From Marsupella aquatica (lineage: Eukaryota > Plantae > Marchantiophyta): a DNA stretch of 64,000 nt. Shown here one piece after another: positions 11,124 through 23,599 of this stretch. Location of the stretch: assembly GCA_973895155.1 (NCBI GenBank), contig OZ316899.1, positions 6,761,241 to 6,825,240 on the forward strand, read 5' to 3'. The translations under genes were made by a program, and so were the position numbers. Position 1 is the stretch's first letter, and the number at the start of each line of letters is the position of its first letter. A model generated the notes under the pieces. That model was not told the origin of the DNA. It did no database searches and saw only the letters and a program-made list of their open reading frames with translations.

Positions 11124-12595
11124 AGTCGCGGAACTCGACTACCTTAACACTTAGTTCCGGCGTCGCTACCTCCAACGCCAAGCTCCCTTATGGTCCAGGC
11201 CCGGATAGGCCATCCGGGGAGGACTTAGCATGGGGAGACTTATGGGCAATGAGACGTGGCACTGGCGAGGCAAGGGGCCAAGCTGGGGACACACACTAAG
11301 GACTTGGACTAGCCTATGGCTGGTCGGGTCAAGGGGAAATGGGCCGGGCTCAAGGATGGCCGTCCGGACCATCGGATGGACTTTGAGTTCTGAGAGCTTG
11401 GGAGTGAGCTCCTCTTGGGCCCAAGGCCAATGGAGTTGACGCCATTGGCAACGGACGCTTGGGGCGCAAGTTATGGCCCAATCCGGGCTGGGCCGGTCGG
11501 GGGCTCGGAGCGGCGATCAAACCTGAGGGCCTAGGCATGAGCACTGGGTCGGCCCGGTCACAACGGGCTAAGGCACTCCGTTTGCCGCTTGCGGATGCCT
11601 ATCAAGAAAGTTATGGGCGTTGCCAGTTGGTAGCGTGCCCATTATGCACGATGGGATCCGGGTTGGGGGCCAAATGTTTAGGGACCAAAGCTGGTCCGGG
11701 GCTGGTAGATCTCTAGAAGCATATATGAGGGGAGTGGTGTCTCCCTGGGGGCTAAGACCGAGCCGAAGTCATGAGCCACGGCGGTCGCGACACTAAGGAA
11801 AACCGCCAAACGGAAATGGCGATATCTTCCCAACGGGAAGTCCGTTGGAAAGCTCTTGAGGAGGGATACGCCCTCCTGAGCTCAGATGGGTCCGGGGGTG
11901 CCATGGGTTCTCGTGGTTTGTGGGTGTTAGTTTGCCCGCTTGCCAAATCCTGCCGAACAGCAGCCAAGCCTCGTTCAGCCTTGAGCTTGCATTGGGGAGG
12001 CAAGGCCAAGTAGGTATGGAGGCTGAGTCCCAAGGGCGCTCAGTCCCTAGACCATCAGTGGGGCCAACCGGAAGCGGTTGTTAGAGTCGGGGCCGTTCTG
12101 GTCCCGACGTGTTGAGACAAGCTCGGGACAAGCTTTAGGACAAGCTACGCTATTGGGCCATGAGCTGTCCTGAGGTTAGGGCGGTCAGTTGGTGATGGAT
12201 AGGTACGTGGGGGAACCCAGGCCGTGCCCTAGGAAGGAGCTGTCCTGAATGGACAGTGGGCGTGGGTTCTAGTTCCAACTTATGGCGTCGGGAGGACCTA
12301 TCGCTGACCTATTTACCAACGTCTGTTGAGCTTGAGTTAGGATGCTAGACTTGGCGAGTTCTAGATCCGGAGGGGTTACTAACCAAGGTGCTTGGTTGCT
12401 TGTGCAGACAGTGAGGATTGTTGAGTAGCGGTCGTGTAGGTGAGCAAGTGCGGCTTTGTATGGGAGGGGCCGCTGGTGGTGCAAAAGGCACTTGGGTGCT
12501 TGCTTGAGGTATTCCGTGGAGGCGTTCGGACACCAAGGGCACTTAGGCGAGAGTGCTGGGATTGGTGAGGGCGCTGGGTGGCAAGGTACACCACT
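11124..12595 (+). repeat. 5' LTR, 1472 bp, termini AGT...ACT
   Basis: Repeated at 18287-18728 (partial) and inverted at 39377-40840 (complete). Confidence 0.9.
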
Positions 12596-12597
12596 TG

Positions 12598-12609
12598 TGG
12601 TATCAGAGC
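12598..12609 (+). other. Primer binding site, initiator tRNA-Met type
   Basis: TGGTATCAGAGC, 2 nt after the LTR end. Confidence 0.9.
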
Positions 12610-12899
12610 GATTGTTGGCATAGACACCGGGCTGGGGTTGTGCTAAGTCAGAATCCAAAAATCTTAGCAAATTTTTGCGGGGACTTAGTGCTTCAACGTG
12701 CCCGGTGGGTCGACTGTGGGCAGATTCGGTCACTGGGAACATGGCTAAAAACACTTGATCAAAGAGTGGCAAACAGGCTCCCCCCACCAAGGGGAGAGCC
12801 CAAATCCAAGATGAACAGAAGGAGGACAGGTCGACTTCCCTAGAGGAATGTTATAAGTAGGACAAAGAAAATGCCACGGCCAAACCGTCGACCACTGCG

Positions 12900-15800
12900 G
12901 TGAACATGTCAAGTGCAGAGCGCCGTCAACTTAAAGGGAAGGAGGTGGCTGATCCTTCAGAGGATGGGTCGGATGATGACAACTCCAACGCAGAAGGAAG
13001 CGATGACGAGGCTGAAGCCGAAATAGAGGAAGAGAGTCAGGACCCAGAGGAGGAACTGATCCTAGCCTTGAGAGGGTTGAATGCAAAACCAGAGGATGAT
13101 GTCGAGCCGGACGTCATCGTGGATAATTTGACCAAGCAGAACCAGGATGACGCGGGTGATACCTCAGTCCCGGGAGGTCATGGTGCTTGCAAGACGCGGG
13201 GGGTATCACCAAAATCCACAAGAGAACCTAAGGACAGGCGGCCCGCAAAGGAAAGACGGTTGGAGGACCGTCCTCATACAACCCGCAAGGGCCCGGCCGC
13301 TGATGACGGTCTGGGTCCGTTGACTCAAGACCAACGACTCATCTATGAGCAGTTGGAACACAAGAAGGGGGCCCAGATTAAGTACTTACTTAATCTGGGT
13401 AGTCAGAGTGCGTTGCATCCCGAGGGGGGAATGGTAGTTGGACGGAGTATGTTCCAAGTGAACCAGCTACCGACTCCTCCAACTTACGACGGGGCCTACG
13501 AACAAAGTGGACAAAAGTTCCTGAGTTGGCTCTCCACGATGGAGATTCATCTCCAAGCGTGCGTTGAGCGTTCCACTTGGGCTACTGCAGCCGCTCCTTA
13601 TCTGAAGGACTATGCCTTGACTTGGTACAAGTCATGGAAGAAGTTGCGAGAGGACTTCTCCTTGATGTTAACTTGGGAAAACCTGGTTGAGGGTCTCCGT
13701 GCTCATGTCACCACTAAGTACCCAGAGCGACACGCTCAGAAATGTGTAACGAAGATGAGCTTCAGGGGTGATATCCAAAAGTTCATCACTTATTACCAAA
13801 ATCAGTTGGCGTGTATCCTGACGGGACAAGAGACCCTACATACACAGCTTCACAACTTTATCGTGAAGCTCCCGCCGTTGCTCAGGGAAAAGTTGCAGGA
13901 AAAGCGTCATGAGTTCAAAACGCTTTCTGACGCCTTTGACAAGGCCACTATGTTGGTGAATAACCGATCGGACTTGGCGAAGGTGGGTGGCAAGGGATCC
14001 AAGGGGGAAGCTGGGAAAGCGAAAGGTCCCGGGAATAAGCGTAAGCAACCTGAGGGGGCAGGGGCCGGTGGTTCGGATCCCCAGCCCCAGAATGGAGAAG
14101 CTAAGCGAAACCGGAAGGCCGGCAACTTTAAGAAAGGAGCCTCATCGGCACAGAAAGCAAAGAAGCAGGCAACCATGGAGCAGAGGCGAGCTGAAAGTTT
14201 GTGCTTCACATGTGGCGCCATGGGCCATCAAAGTAAGGATTGTTCCACGAAAGGTGGCAAGCCAAACGGAGATGGTGGAGGGCAAAAGAGCATTAAGGTA
14301 AGTATTGCTCTAACCGAACCCTTAGTAGTTGACAAGGTCCCTATAGGGGATGTCCCTGACGGAGAGAGGGTGTTGTTGCGAGAGAAGATACCTAAAGTTA
14401 AGACAATGGATCCTGAAAAACTGACTTTTGTGAATGTCACTTCTAACGGTAATCTGGGTGTTGCTTTGGTGGATACAGGCGCGACCGCCTGCTTCATAAG
14501 TGGGCAGGCGGCAACTCGTCTTGGGGTGGACGTGCAAGAGTTGCTACAACCGTTAGTGTGCAAGTTTGCCAACGACATGAAAGGGATAGTGTCAAGAGTA
14601 GTGCATAGACTCCGGGTAGAGGACATAGGCGAACAACAAAATTTTGTTAGTCAGGAGATGTTCTACGTTCTAGACGGTCTAGCCGTAGACTTCATTTTGT
14701 CGGTAGGTTATCTCAGAAAGCACAATGTTACCTTGAAACCGGGGGGTGAGGTGCTCCATTTTCCCAATAAGGGCGGTGAGCCCATTATTGTACACAAAAT
14801 TACTGAAAATAAAGAAAGATTTCTTAAAGTAAGTAAAGTGTCGTGGATGTCTCCGTGTGTATCAGCAAAGCAATGGTGGAAAGACTTCAAGGGTGGACAG
14901 GAATGCTTCTTCTTTCATCTCCACCCAACTAAGGAGGCTGCGTCGCAGCCAAAGGTTAAGTCAGCTAAGGTCGGGCCCGACTGCGGTCAAATTCCTGAAA
15001 TTTTAGAGGAATTCAACAACATGCTCTTGCAGAAGCTACCTAAAGGTTTACCCCCGCAGAGAGAAGTGGATCACCAAGTTGAGTTAATGCCAGGATTGGC
15101 TCCTCAGGCTAAAGCTCCTTATCGTCTGAACCTGAACGAGCGAATGATGTTGAAGAATGCCTTGGAAGAGTTGATCGACCAAGGGTTCATTCGCCCTAGT
15201 AAGAGTCCTTACGGGGCGCCTGCGCTGTTTGTGTCCAAAAAGGATGGTACTTTGAGATTGTGCGCAGATTACCGGGCCCTCAATAAGCAGACGGTAAAGA
15301 ACAAGTACCCGTTACCTCTTTGTTTGTCTCTCCGGGGCTAAGAAGTTTTCAAAGGTGGACTTGCGGTCTGGGTATTACCAGATCCGCATGGCTAAGGGAG
15401 ACGAGTATAAGACCGCGATGCGCACAAGGTTCGGATCCTATGAGTTTGTGGTTATGCCGTTTGGGTTGTACTGCAACAGCAACGTTCATGAAGATGATGA
15501 ATACCATCTTTCATGACTTGTTGGACCAAGGAGTGGTTGTCTTTATTGACGACATCCTAATCTACTCGAAAACGTTGGAGGAGCATGAGCAGTTGCTCAG
15601 AGAAGTGTTCTCTTGCCTTTGTAAGGCTCGTCTCTTTGCTAAACCTAGCAAGTGCGAGTTTGCAATGAATGAGATTCAGTTCCTTGACCATACCTTTACC
15701 CCGGAAGGGATTACACCTAGTCAGGACAAGCTTAAGGAGATCAAAGAATGGGAGAGCCCGTCCAATGTAAGGCAAGTTAGAGCCTTCTTAGGATTTACGG

Positions 15801-17848
15801 AGTTCTATCGGAGATACATGAAAGACTATGCGAGGATCGTGAGGCCCCTAAATGCGCTAACATTGAAAAACAAAGTGTTTGTGTGGACACAGGATTGCGA
15901 GTTACCATTCCTAGAACTTAAGCGGTTAATGATAACGCCACCGGTTCTAAAGTTACCTAAGATGGGGAAGCCGTTCGAGATTTGAACAGACGCAAGTGAT
16001 TATGCCATTGGCGCCTTTCTTCACCAAGATGGGCGTCCTATGGCCTTCAAGTCATGTAAGTTGGAAAATCACTGGATCACGCCGGAAAGGGAAATGTATG
16101 TTGTGATCTATGCATTGAAGAAGTGGGAGATTTACCTTAAGAACGGTCCCAAAGTGGTAATCCACATAGATAGCTCGTCGGCCGGGTACTCCAGTTCTAA
16201 GCCAAGGCTGAACCCCAAGGAAATGCGCTGGTAGATGTTCTTGGCGGATTTTGATTTCGAAGTCCGCCACGTTCCAGGGAAGACAAACTCGGTTGCCGAC
16301 ACGTTATCGCGTAAGGACCAACATCGTGTCAATGGGATCACGATGCTCGAATCCGAGTGGCCAAAGGTTCTGGCCGCGGCATATGGGGATGACAAGTTAG
16401 CTAAGGGATGGCAAAGCAATGGGGGTAGCCGGGGCAAGGTAAGGCACGTATCGTTGGCGTTAGATACAACGCATAATGTCTAGTTATGGCGATACAAGCA
16501 GAGGCGTGTGTACATACCAGAGTCTCTAAGGTTAGAGGTTCTGCAAAAGTACCACGACTTGCCCTGGGGAGGGCATGGAGAACAAGCCGCTACGTATCGC
16601 AGCATGTCGCAAGATGTGTATTGGCCGGACATGAAGCAATTAGTCCTTCAACACGTGCAAAGTTGTTACTCGTGCCCAAAGAACCGAACGGCCTATAGGG
16701 CAAAAGGAGGATTGCTGCAACCCTTACCAGTAGCTGCGGCTCCATGGGAGTCTATCTCCATGGACTTCATTGTTGGATTACCTGAGTCCCACGGTAGTAA
16801 CTCCATCTTAACAATCGTGGATCGTTTTTCCAAGATGGCGTATTTCTTGCCTACTACGAAGATGGTTTCGGCCCGAGAGGTTGCCAGTCTAGTGTTTGAC
16901 AATGTCTTCCGACAATGGGGATTGCCGTTGCATATCCTGTCCGATCGCAATACCAAGTTCACGGGCCATTTCTGAAAGGCGTTGTCCCGGTTATCCGGAA
17001 CAGACCTGAGTAGGGGATCAGCGTATCATCATGAGACAGATGGCCAAACGGAACGGGTTAATGGTATTGTGGAGGACTACTTGCGTCACATTGTGATAGC
17101 CAATCAAAAGGATTGGGCAAAGCACTTAACAATGGTCGAGTTTAGGTATAACTCGACCAAACATTCAACGACGGGGTTTGCGCCGTTTGTGTTGGCCACA
17201 GGGAGGACGCCAAGGGTGCCCTCCTGGTTTATAAATCCGGAAGTTTGGCGGACGAAAAGCAAGGTTCCTTCTACGGACGATTTTATTCAAGAGCGGCACC
17301 TAGTTGTGGAAGCGGCTACCAAGGGTATGACCCTTGCCCAAATTTGGTACAAGGAGCAAAGGGATAAACATCAACGCCAGGTAAGCTTTGAAATTGGGGA
17401 GAGCGTCTGGTTGCAGTTGAGACCTAAGCAATACCACGGGAACATAAGTAGGAAGCTGGCTCCCAGATATGCGGGGCCCTATCGCATTATACAATGGGCC
17501 CACAAGGATAATCCGGTTTTGGTGGTGTTGGAGACACCCAAGGAAATGGGCGTGGGAAAAAGCTACCATGTTAGCCGGCTCAAGAAGTTTGTCAAAGACG
17601 ATGATCCCAACCGGGATCAGGTCTTGCGTCCGGACGCCATGCTGGTGGAGGACGCTGAGGAGTTTGAGGTGGAGGCAATTCTGGCCCACCGTTACAAACG
17701 CAAGTTGGGAAGGCAAATCTTAGAGTATTTGGTGAAGTGGGCTGGCTATGATCAGGCCGAGAGTACTTGGGAATAGGAGGAAAATTTGGGTAATGCCTCA
17801 GAGATCCTTGGAAGCTATCGTAAGCGAAGCGGCCTACCGTCATTGTGA
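12900..17848 (+). pseudogene. gag-pol with chromodomain, broken by frameshifts and stops
   Basis: [14 protein letters not shown] knuckle; LVDTGA protease; [11 protein letters not shown] and FIDDILIYS RT; TDASDYAIG RNase H; SMDFIVGLP/DGQTERVN integrase; GPY; FEVEAILAHR..YLVKWAGY...STWE chromodomain (~17660-17830). Confidence 0.95.
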
Positions 17849-18286
17849 ACTGGTACAGGCAGCTGTAGCTACCTTTGTGAGTTGTATCCTAGTTTCACTC
17901 CTCTCGGCCTCTTAAGGATAAAGTCGGATTGCGTTGGTGCTAGAGGTTGTTGGGCGGCCCATTTGCTTTTTGCGAGTGGAAGTTGATGGTGCCCGCCCTA
18001 CATCTATGGGTGGGCTAGTTTGAACCAAAGGGGACTGCCCCAAGGGGAGGACAAGGGGTCCGACGAGTTTGGAGTTAGCTTACCCGTTTGGACTGGCATC
18101 CTATTTGGATAAGTGGGATAGGTTGGAATTTCCTAAGTCTGGAATGGGCATACCAACTTGGTTTGCATCAGCCTTATGGGCAAACCATTTGTTACCTCAT
18201 AAAATTTTGAAGGCCCAAAGTGGTCTAGGCTTGTTGGAATGTTTACTGAGGTCACACGGACATGACCATTTTTAAGGGGGGGTGCA

Positions 18287-18728
18287 AGTCGCGGAACTCG
18301 ACTACCTTAACACTTAGCTCCGGCGTCGTTGACTCCGACGCCAAGCTCCCTTATGGTCCAGGCCCGGATAGGCCATTCGGGGAGGACCTAGCATGGGGAG
18401 ACTTGTGGGCAATGAGACGTGGCACTAGCGAGGCAAGGAGCCGAGCCGGGGACACACACTAAGGACTTGCACTAGCCTATGGCTGGTCGGGTCAAGTGGA
18501 AATGGGCCGGGCTCGAGGATGGCCATCCGGACCTCCAAATGAACTTTGAATTCTGAGGGCTTGAGTGTGAGCTCCTCTTGGGCCCAAGGCCAATGGAGTT
18601 GACGCCATGGGCAACAGACGCTTGGGGTGCAAGTTATGGCCCAATCCGGGTTGGGCCGATCGGGGGCCCCAAGCGGCGATGAGATCTGAGGGCCTAGGCA
18701 TGGGCACTGGGTTGGCCCGATGACAACG
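18287..18728 (+). repeat. 3' LTR, truncated after ~440 bp
   Basis: Matches 11124-~11565, then switches abruptly into the RT of another element. Confidence 0.9.
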
Positions 18729-21700
18729 CGTACGTTCCCCACTCCATTATGAAAGTGGTTTTGAGCTGGTCAGATAGTCTGATCCAAATCTGGTTATAAC
18801 CCGAATATCCGTCCAAGAAGGTGTATACCTCATTTTGGGCTACCATGTCAAGAACCATATCCGTGTAGGGAAGCGGGTAATGGTCTTTCCGAGTGGCGTC
18901 GTTGAGCTTTTGGTAGTCTTGGCATATTTGAATCTTGGCTTTACCATGGGGCCTACTTTCTTGGGAACCACCACAATGGGGGACACCCATTCGCTAGATA
19001 AGACGGGGTAGATGATGTCCGCCACGATCAGTTGATCTAACTCCTCCTTTACCAAGATGGAATGTCTTGGATTTAGTCTTTGTTGTCTCTCTCGGACGGC
19101 ATGAGCGCCCAAGTTTAGATCAATGACGTGTTCGCCGTAGGCCGGTGATATTCTGGTTAGGTCTCGGTGACTCCATGCAAAGACGTCCTCATACTCCGAT
19201 AGGAGTTCTTGGATAGCCTTTTCCTCCGGGGCCTGTAGGCCATAACCCATGTTGAATGTCCGCTCCATCCCTGTGGTGTACTTGCGATAGTGCTCCTTGC
19301 AGATTACGTCTACATGGTCTCGTGTGGCCTGATCGAGATGGTCTTCCAATTCCTCAAGCCTGGTGCCATCGTAGACCACGGGTTCCCAGACCGTTGGCTG
19401 CTCTTTGGGTAGCTCCTTTGGTTCTGCCTTTATCACGGACGGCACCTCGGGGCTCCATGTAACTTTCTTCCTCTTGAGTGGGGTGGTAGCCATGGTAGCG
19501 CCCTCCTTAAGTATACCTGGCAAGGTGCCCTGGCTAACGACCTCCGTAGGGCTTACTATTATTGGGGATTTTATACCCGCTGCCAGCTCACTATTCTCTA
19601 GGGGCGTTGGGGCCTCAGTCAAGGGCGTTGGCCTAGGATGGTTCAGAATATGGGCCTCTTGGGTGGCACTTACCCCGAAGACATCCTCTTCATCAAGCCG
19701 AGAGATTAACTCCTACATCCTCTTCATCAAGCCGAGAGATTAACTCCACCATATTTACCTCTTCTTATGAGATTTCCTCCTCCGAGTCATATTTTTTGGG
19801 TCCCTGGGGAATTTTGCCCTGATAGTCCTCCTCCTTCCATGATAGTTGGGTTACCGAATCGTAACTCCTTTCCCCAGTCGGTAATGACTCGGGCACCGTA
19901 TAACCAGGGTCTGCCCAACAGTATCGGGTAAGACAAGGGTTGGACTGGTCGCATCACCAGGTAATTTAGGAAAAACTCAAGACCCCCAATCCACGTAGAT
20001 ATTTTGGTCAACGTTCCCAACGACATGATTTGGGTGCCATTTGCCAACCGAATGGGGCGGGCTGTAGGCTGGTATGTCGTGTATCCCAACCTCATGGAAG
20101 TGTCTTCCGTCATGATATTTACTCCGGACCCGCCATCCACCGGTACAAACCAAATAGCGCAGCCCAATATCTCGATAGAAATCTCAGGCGCCCCTAGGTC
20201 GTGGTAAATCATCATACAGTCGGCTAAGGTGCTTACCCGAGGGAGCCGTCTCCGCCTCTTTCCTATCAGCATCTCCTTGAGTTGTTGCCCATATTTCGGG
20301 TTATCCTACAACAATTGTTTGAAGGTGGCCGTGGTTGCACAATTTTGAACGTCCTTCTTGATGTCATACTAGTTTGTCGGTGGGGTCGCAGATTTTAACG
20401 CTTCTGCTTCCTTGACTTGAGCTTCCAAGGCAGCCTTAGCTTCCTCAGCTTCTTCAGCCGCCTTAGCATTGGCAATATCCTTTTTAATGGCTTTTTCATG
20501 CTCTTGGGCCTCGTAGGCTTCCAACTGCTTCTTGACCAGCTCCTCTACTTGCGGGTAAAACAATTTTGGGTGATCCCGTTGGTAGTCTTCCTGCTTGTTT
20601 GGTTCTACCGGACTATGCTTCTCTACGACCACATCTCTCTGCTTGTCATCCTTCCGCGCCCGTCCATCCTTGTACTTGTCCTTCTTGCGAGATGACCGGG
20701 TAGAAACACGGTAACATCTGTCGTCTACGTGTGCCCCCATTTGCTCGACTGCTTCTATTAGATCAATCCACTCGGTGGTGTCGTCCTGCCATTCCACCGT
20801 TACCATCTGCACCACCGCATCTGTAGTTGTAGGGTCGCGGCTAGAGCGGCTCGGATGGCTCCGGCCTTTGCGGCTAACACCAAGGGACAGTTTGCCGTGG
20901 AATGTGCCTCAGTTTGACAGACCTGGCACAACAAAAGTGCTCGCCCATCTCCTTGCTTCCTCTGCTCCGTACATTCCGGGGCAAAGTGGCCAGGTTTTTT
21001 GCAGTTATAGCACACCGGGGTCCGCCAGACTTTGGGTTTAGGCGGTATACTTGGATTACTAACCACCTGGGGGCCACGCCCATTTGCTGGATACGGATAC
21101 GGGGTATGGAACCTTGGACTGTGGCCGCTTAGCGTGCGAGGTCCCATCATACTCATCTGGAACACCACCTCGGCCAGATCCTCAAAGAAGTATTCCATCG
21201 TGCTTCCCTCCGGCTTGGACTGTCTAGGCTCCAACTCTATCTGATGTACACAAGTGTTCCATCTTGGGCATTCCTGCACCACGTGTCCAGACTGATAACA
21301 CTTGGAACACCAAGCATGCGATAGGGTTTCCGGTGGTTTCTTCTTGTCTGGTGGTTTCTCTGCCAAATGCACGGATAGTGCTTTTAGCCGGTCTGTGATC
21401 TTGTCTGCGGCCTTGGGGTCTGTGGTGACTACCTTCGATCGCAGTTTATGTTTACCCGTATCTAACTATGATCCCTTCTTCCTTCGTCGGTTATGAGAAT
21501 CTGACTCGGTGTCACTGGAGGATGAACTTGCTGAGGACGGACTACTGGATAGTGAATCGCTTGATTCTGAGTCAGAGTCCAAAGAGGAGCTTTTCCGCCC
21601 CTTTTTCTTATGCCGCCATCTCTTCTTCCTTTTCTTCTCATCATACTCAGAGTCGGAATTGCTGAAGGTATGATACCTCCTGCTCTTCTTATGCTTGGTC

Positions 21701-22422
21701 CTCCAATTAAGCTGAGAGGCGTAGTGCAATTCCTTGAAGGATTCTACACTATTGATTGCCTGTTGTAGGGTGGTGGTCTTCTTTTCTAGCACCGAGAACG
21801 CCATCTTCTGAGGTAGCGCATTGACAAACCATTTCCTCAACAGGAAGTCATCGGGCTTAGGCTGAATCTTGGCGGCAACCTTCTGGAACCTCTGCAGGAA
21901 TTTGTGAAGCAAGTCATGCTTACCCATCTGCATCCGTCCAATTTTTGACAGAGCCCGGGATTCGATACCCACAGGCCTGAACTCTTGCAAGAATGCCATC
22001 TGGAACTGGGCCCACGTGAAGCCAGGGGGTTGTAAGTTGAACCACGGCTGTGTTTCTCCCCGTAGCACGCTTGGAAGAATGGTTAGCTTAATGGCTTCTT
22101 TGCCATTTGCCTTGGCTGTGGCCTCGAATTCAGCTAGCCATTCATCAGGGTCGTCCCTTGAAGGGTCAATAGTGGAACCAAGATCGCTGCGACACATTAG
22201 TCTGAGCCACAGGGGGGCGCAACGCACCTGGTACTTGTGGGGCTGGCTGAACCAGTGGAACCGGTGGAGGCCCTCCCGTAGTTGGTGCTTGGGTTCCCAT
22301 TGCAAAAAGTGGTCCCGCCTGGGAAGCCGAGCTCCCCGCTCCACCAGATGCAGTGTTTCCTTCCGAACTTGATGCTCCTTCCGTGTGTTGTAAATACGCA
22401 GATTGCGAGCGGGTAAGGGCAT
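18729..22422 (-). pseudogene. gag-PR-RT(part) of gypsy A
   Basis: ORFs 21466-22422 (DPDEWLAEFE..gag), 20800-21372 (CSKCYQSGHVVQEC, CYNCKKPGHFAPEC), 19787-20272 (protease), 18840-19622 and 18694-18990 (SEWVSPIVVVPKK, DYQKLNDATRKDHYPLP, LDGYSGYNQI). Confidence 0.9.
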
Positions 22423-22500
22423 GCCCCTTCCTACGCGTCAAGGATAAAATCACAGGTTAATAGCTCACTACACTGCTCCACTCGTAAGGCAAAATGAGTG

Positions 22501-22519
22501 CCCCCTCCATCTAGCGCCA
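22501..22519 (-). other. Primer binding site of gypsy A
   Basis: TGGCGCTAGATGGAGGGGG on the - strand, between the LTR and gag. The primer tRNA was not identified. Confidence 0.75.
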
Positions 22520-23599
22520 AAAAACCGGTCGCCGTATGTCGCGCCCATAACCCGGGCCTTAAATCCGAGTTAGTTCCCTGGGGCGACCACAACCACCAGT
22601 AGGGGTGAGGGTTTGGGCAAGGAGGTGTGTAGTGGTCCTAATTAGCCCTAAGTTGGACTTAGTCGATATACTTACCGGTATAATACTTACGCAACTCGCA
22701 CTGATCATAGGTATATTTGTTTTCCACCGCTGGAATATTCCCATAATTAGTGACTTAGACTAACTCCCGGCTTGGGGCTTTCAAGCCATCGACGCGACTT
22801 AGAACCTTGCAACATGCAAATTGTGGCAATCCCTACCATTAGTCCGCACCCGGTACGTCCCTTCAAATGGCGCCCTTGCCCAGACAAAGCATACACACAA
22901 CACTAGCTACTCGCGATAGAATCAGAGGGGAAAGACTACATTTACTCAGCGAAGAACCGGTTTACATAGTTGACTCGACTTCTAAGGGGGTCAGCAGGCC
23001 TAACGGCAGTCGATGCCCAGTCTCTACAAGGCCCCGCCCCGCGCTTGCCCAACAAGCTTGACTCCGGCTCTCACTGCTTAGTGCACTTTGACCTTGCTCA
23101 GGCCTGGACTCCCTGTGCCTTGCCTTTTCTTGCGCTAAGATAACTAAGTCTTCCCCCCCTCCACAACGGAAGGGGAAGCCTAAATACTACGCTTGCGGAA
23201 AGGAACCAAAAGATACTACCTTCCGGGGCAATGCCTACCGACTAACTACCTTCTGACTAGTCGGCCGCATCTCCTCTGACTGGTTGACCGTCAGAGGCGG
23301 GGGCATTGACCGGGGTGTCAGTAGCTAAGTCTACTGACCCAAATTCTAGTCCGTTGATGGACTCCATCCTACGCCGAATGATCCTAATTGGTCCTGTCCT
23401 AATCCTTCCTATTGCGATGCTAATCGGTGCCTAATGACAGCTATTGTTGTTAAGCCTAATAAAAAAAGATGCCGCTGACCCAACCGTAATGAGCAGCGCC
23501 TGCCCGCTCCCTCTGCTAACCACCCCTTACGTGCGAGCTGCCGTTGGTCTAGGGTTTGTCCTCTTGTTGGGACGAGACCTTGAGCCGCCTTGATCAGAG

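Larger units (their letters stand above)
11124..18728 (+). mobile_element. Chromovirus-type Ty3/gypsy LTR retrotransposon (5' LTR complete, 3' LTR truncated)
   Basis: LTR, Met PBS, gag-PR-RT-RH-INT-chromodomain, PPT (AAGGGGGGG 18274-18282) and second LTR in canonical order. Confidence 0.95.

Noticed and set aside
11166-12843. Many ORFs on both strands in the chromovirus LTR (and its copies at 18262-18742, 39225-40734)
   Set aside because: The sequence is GC-rich, the frames are not preserved between the three LTR copies, and no domain is recognisable.
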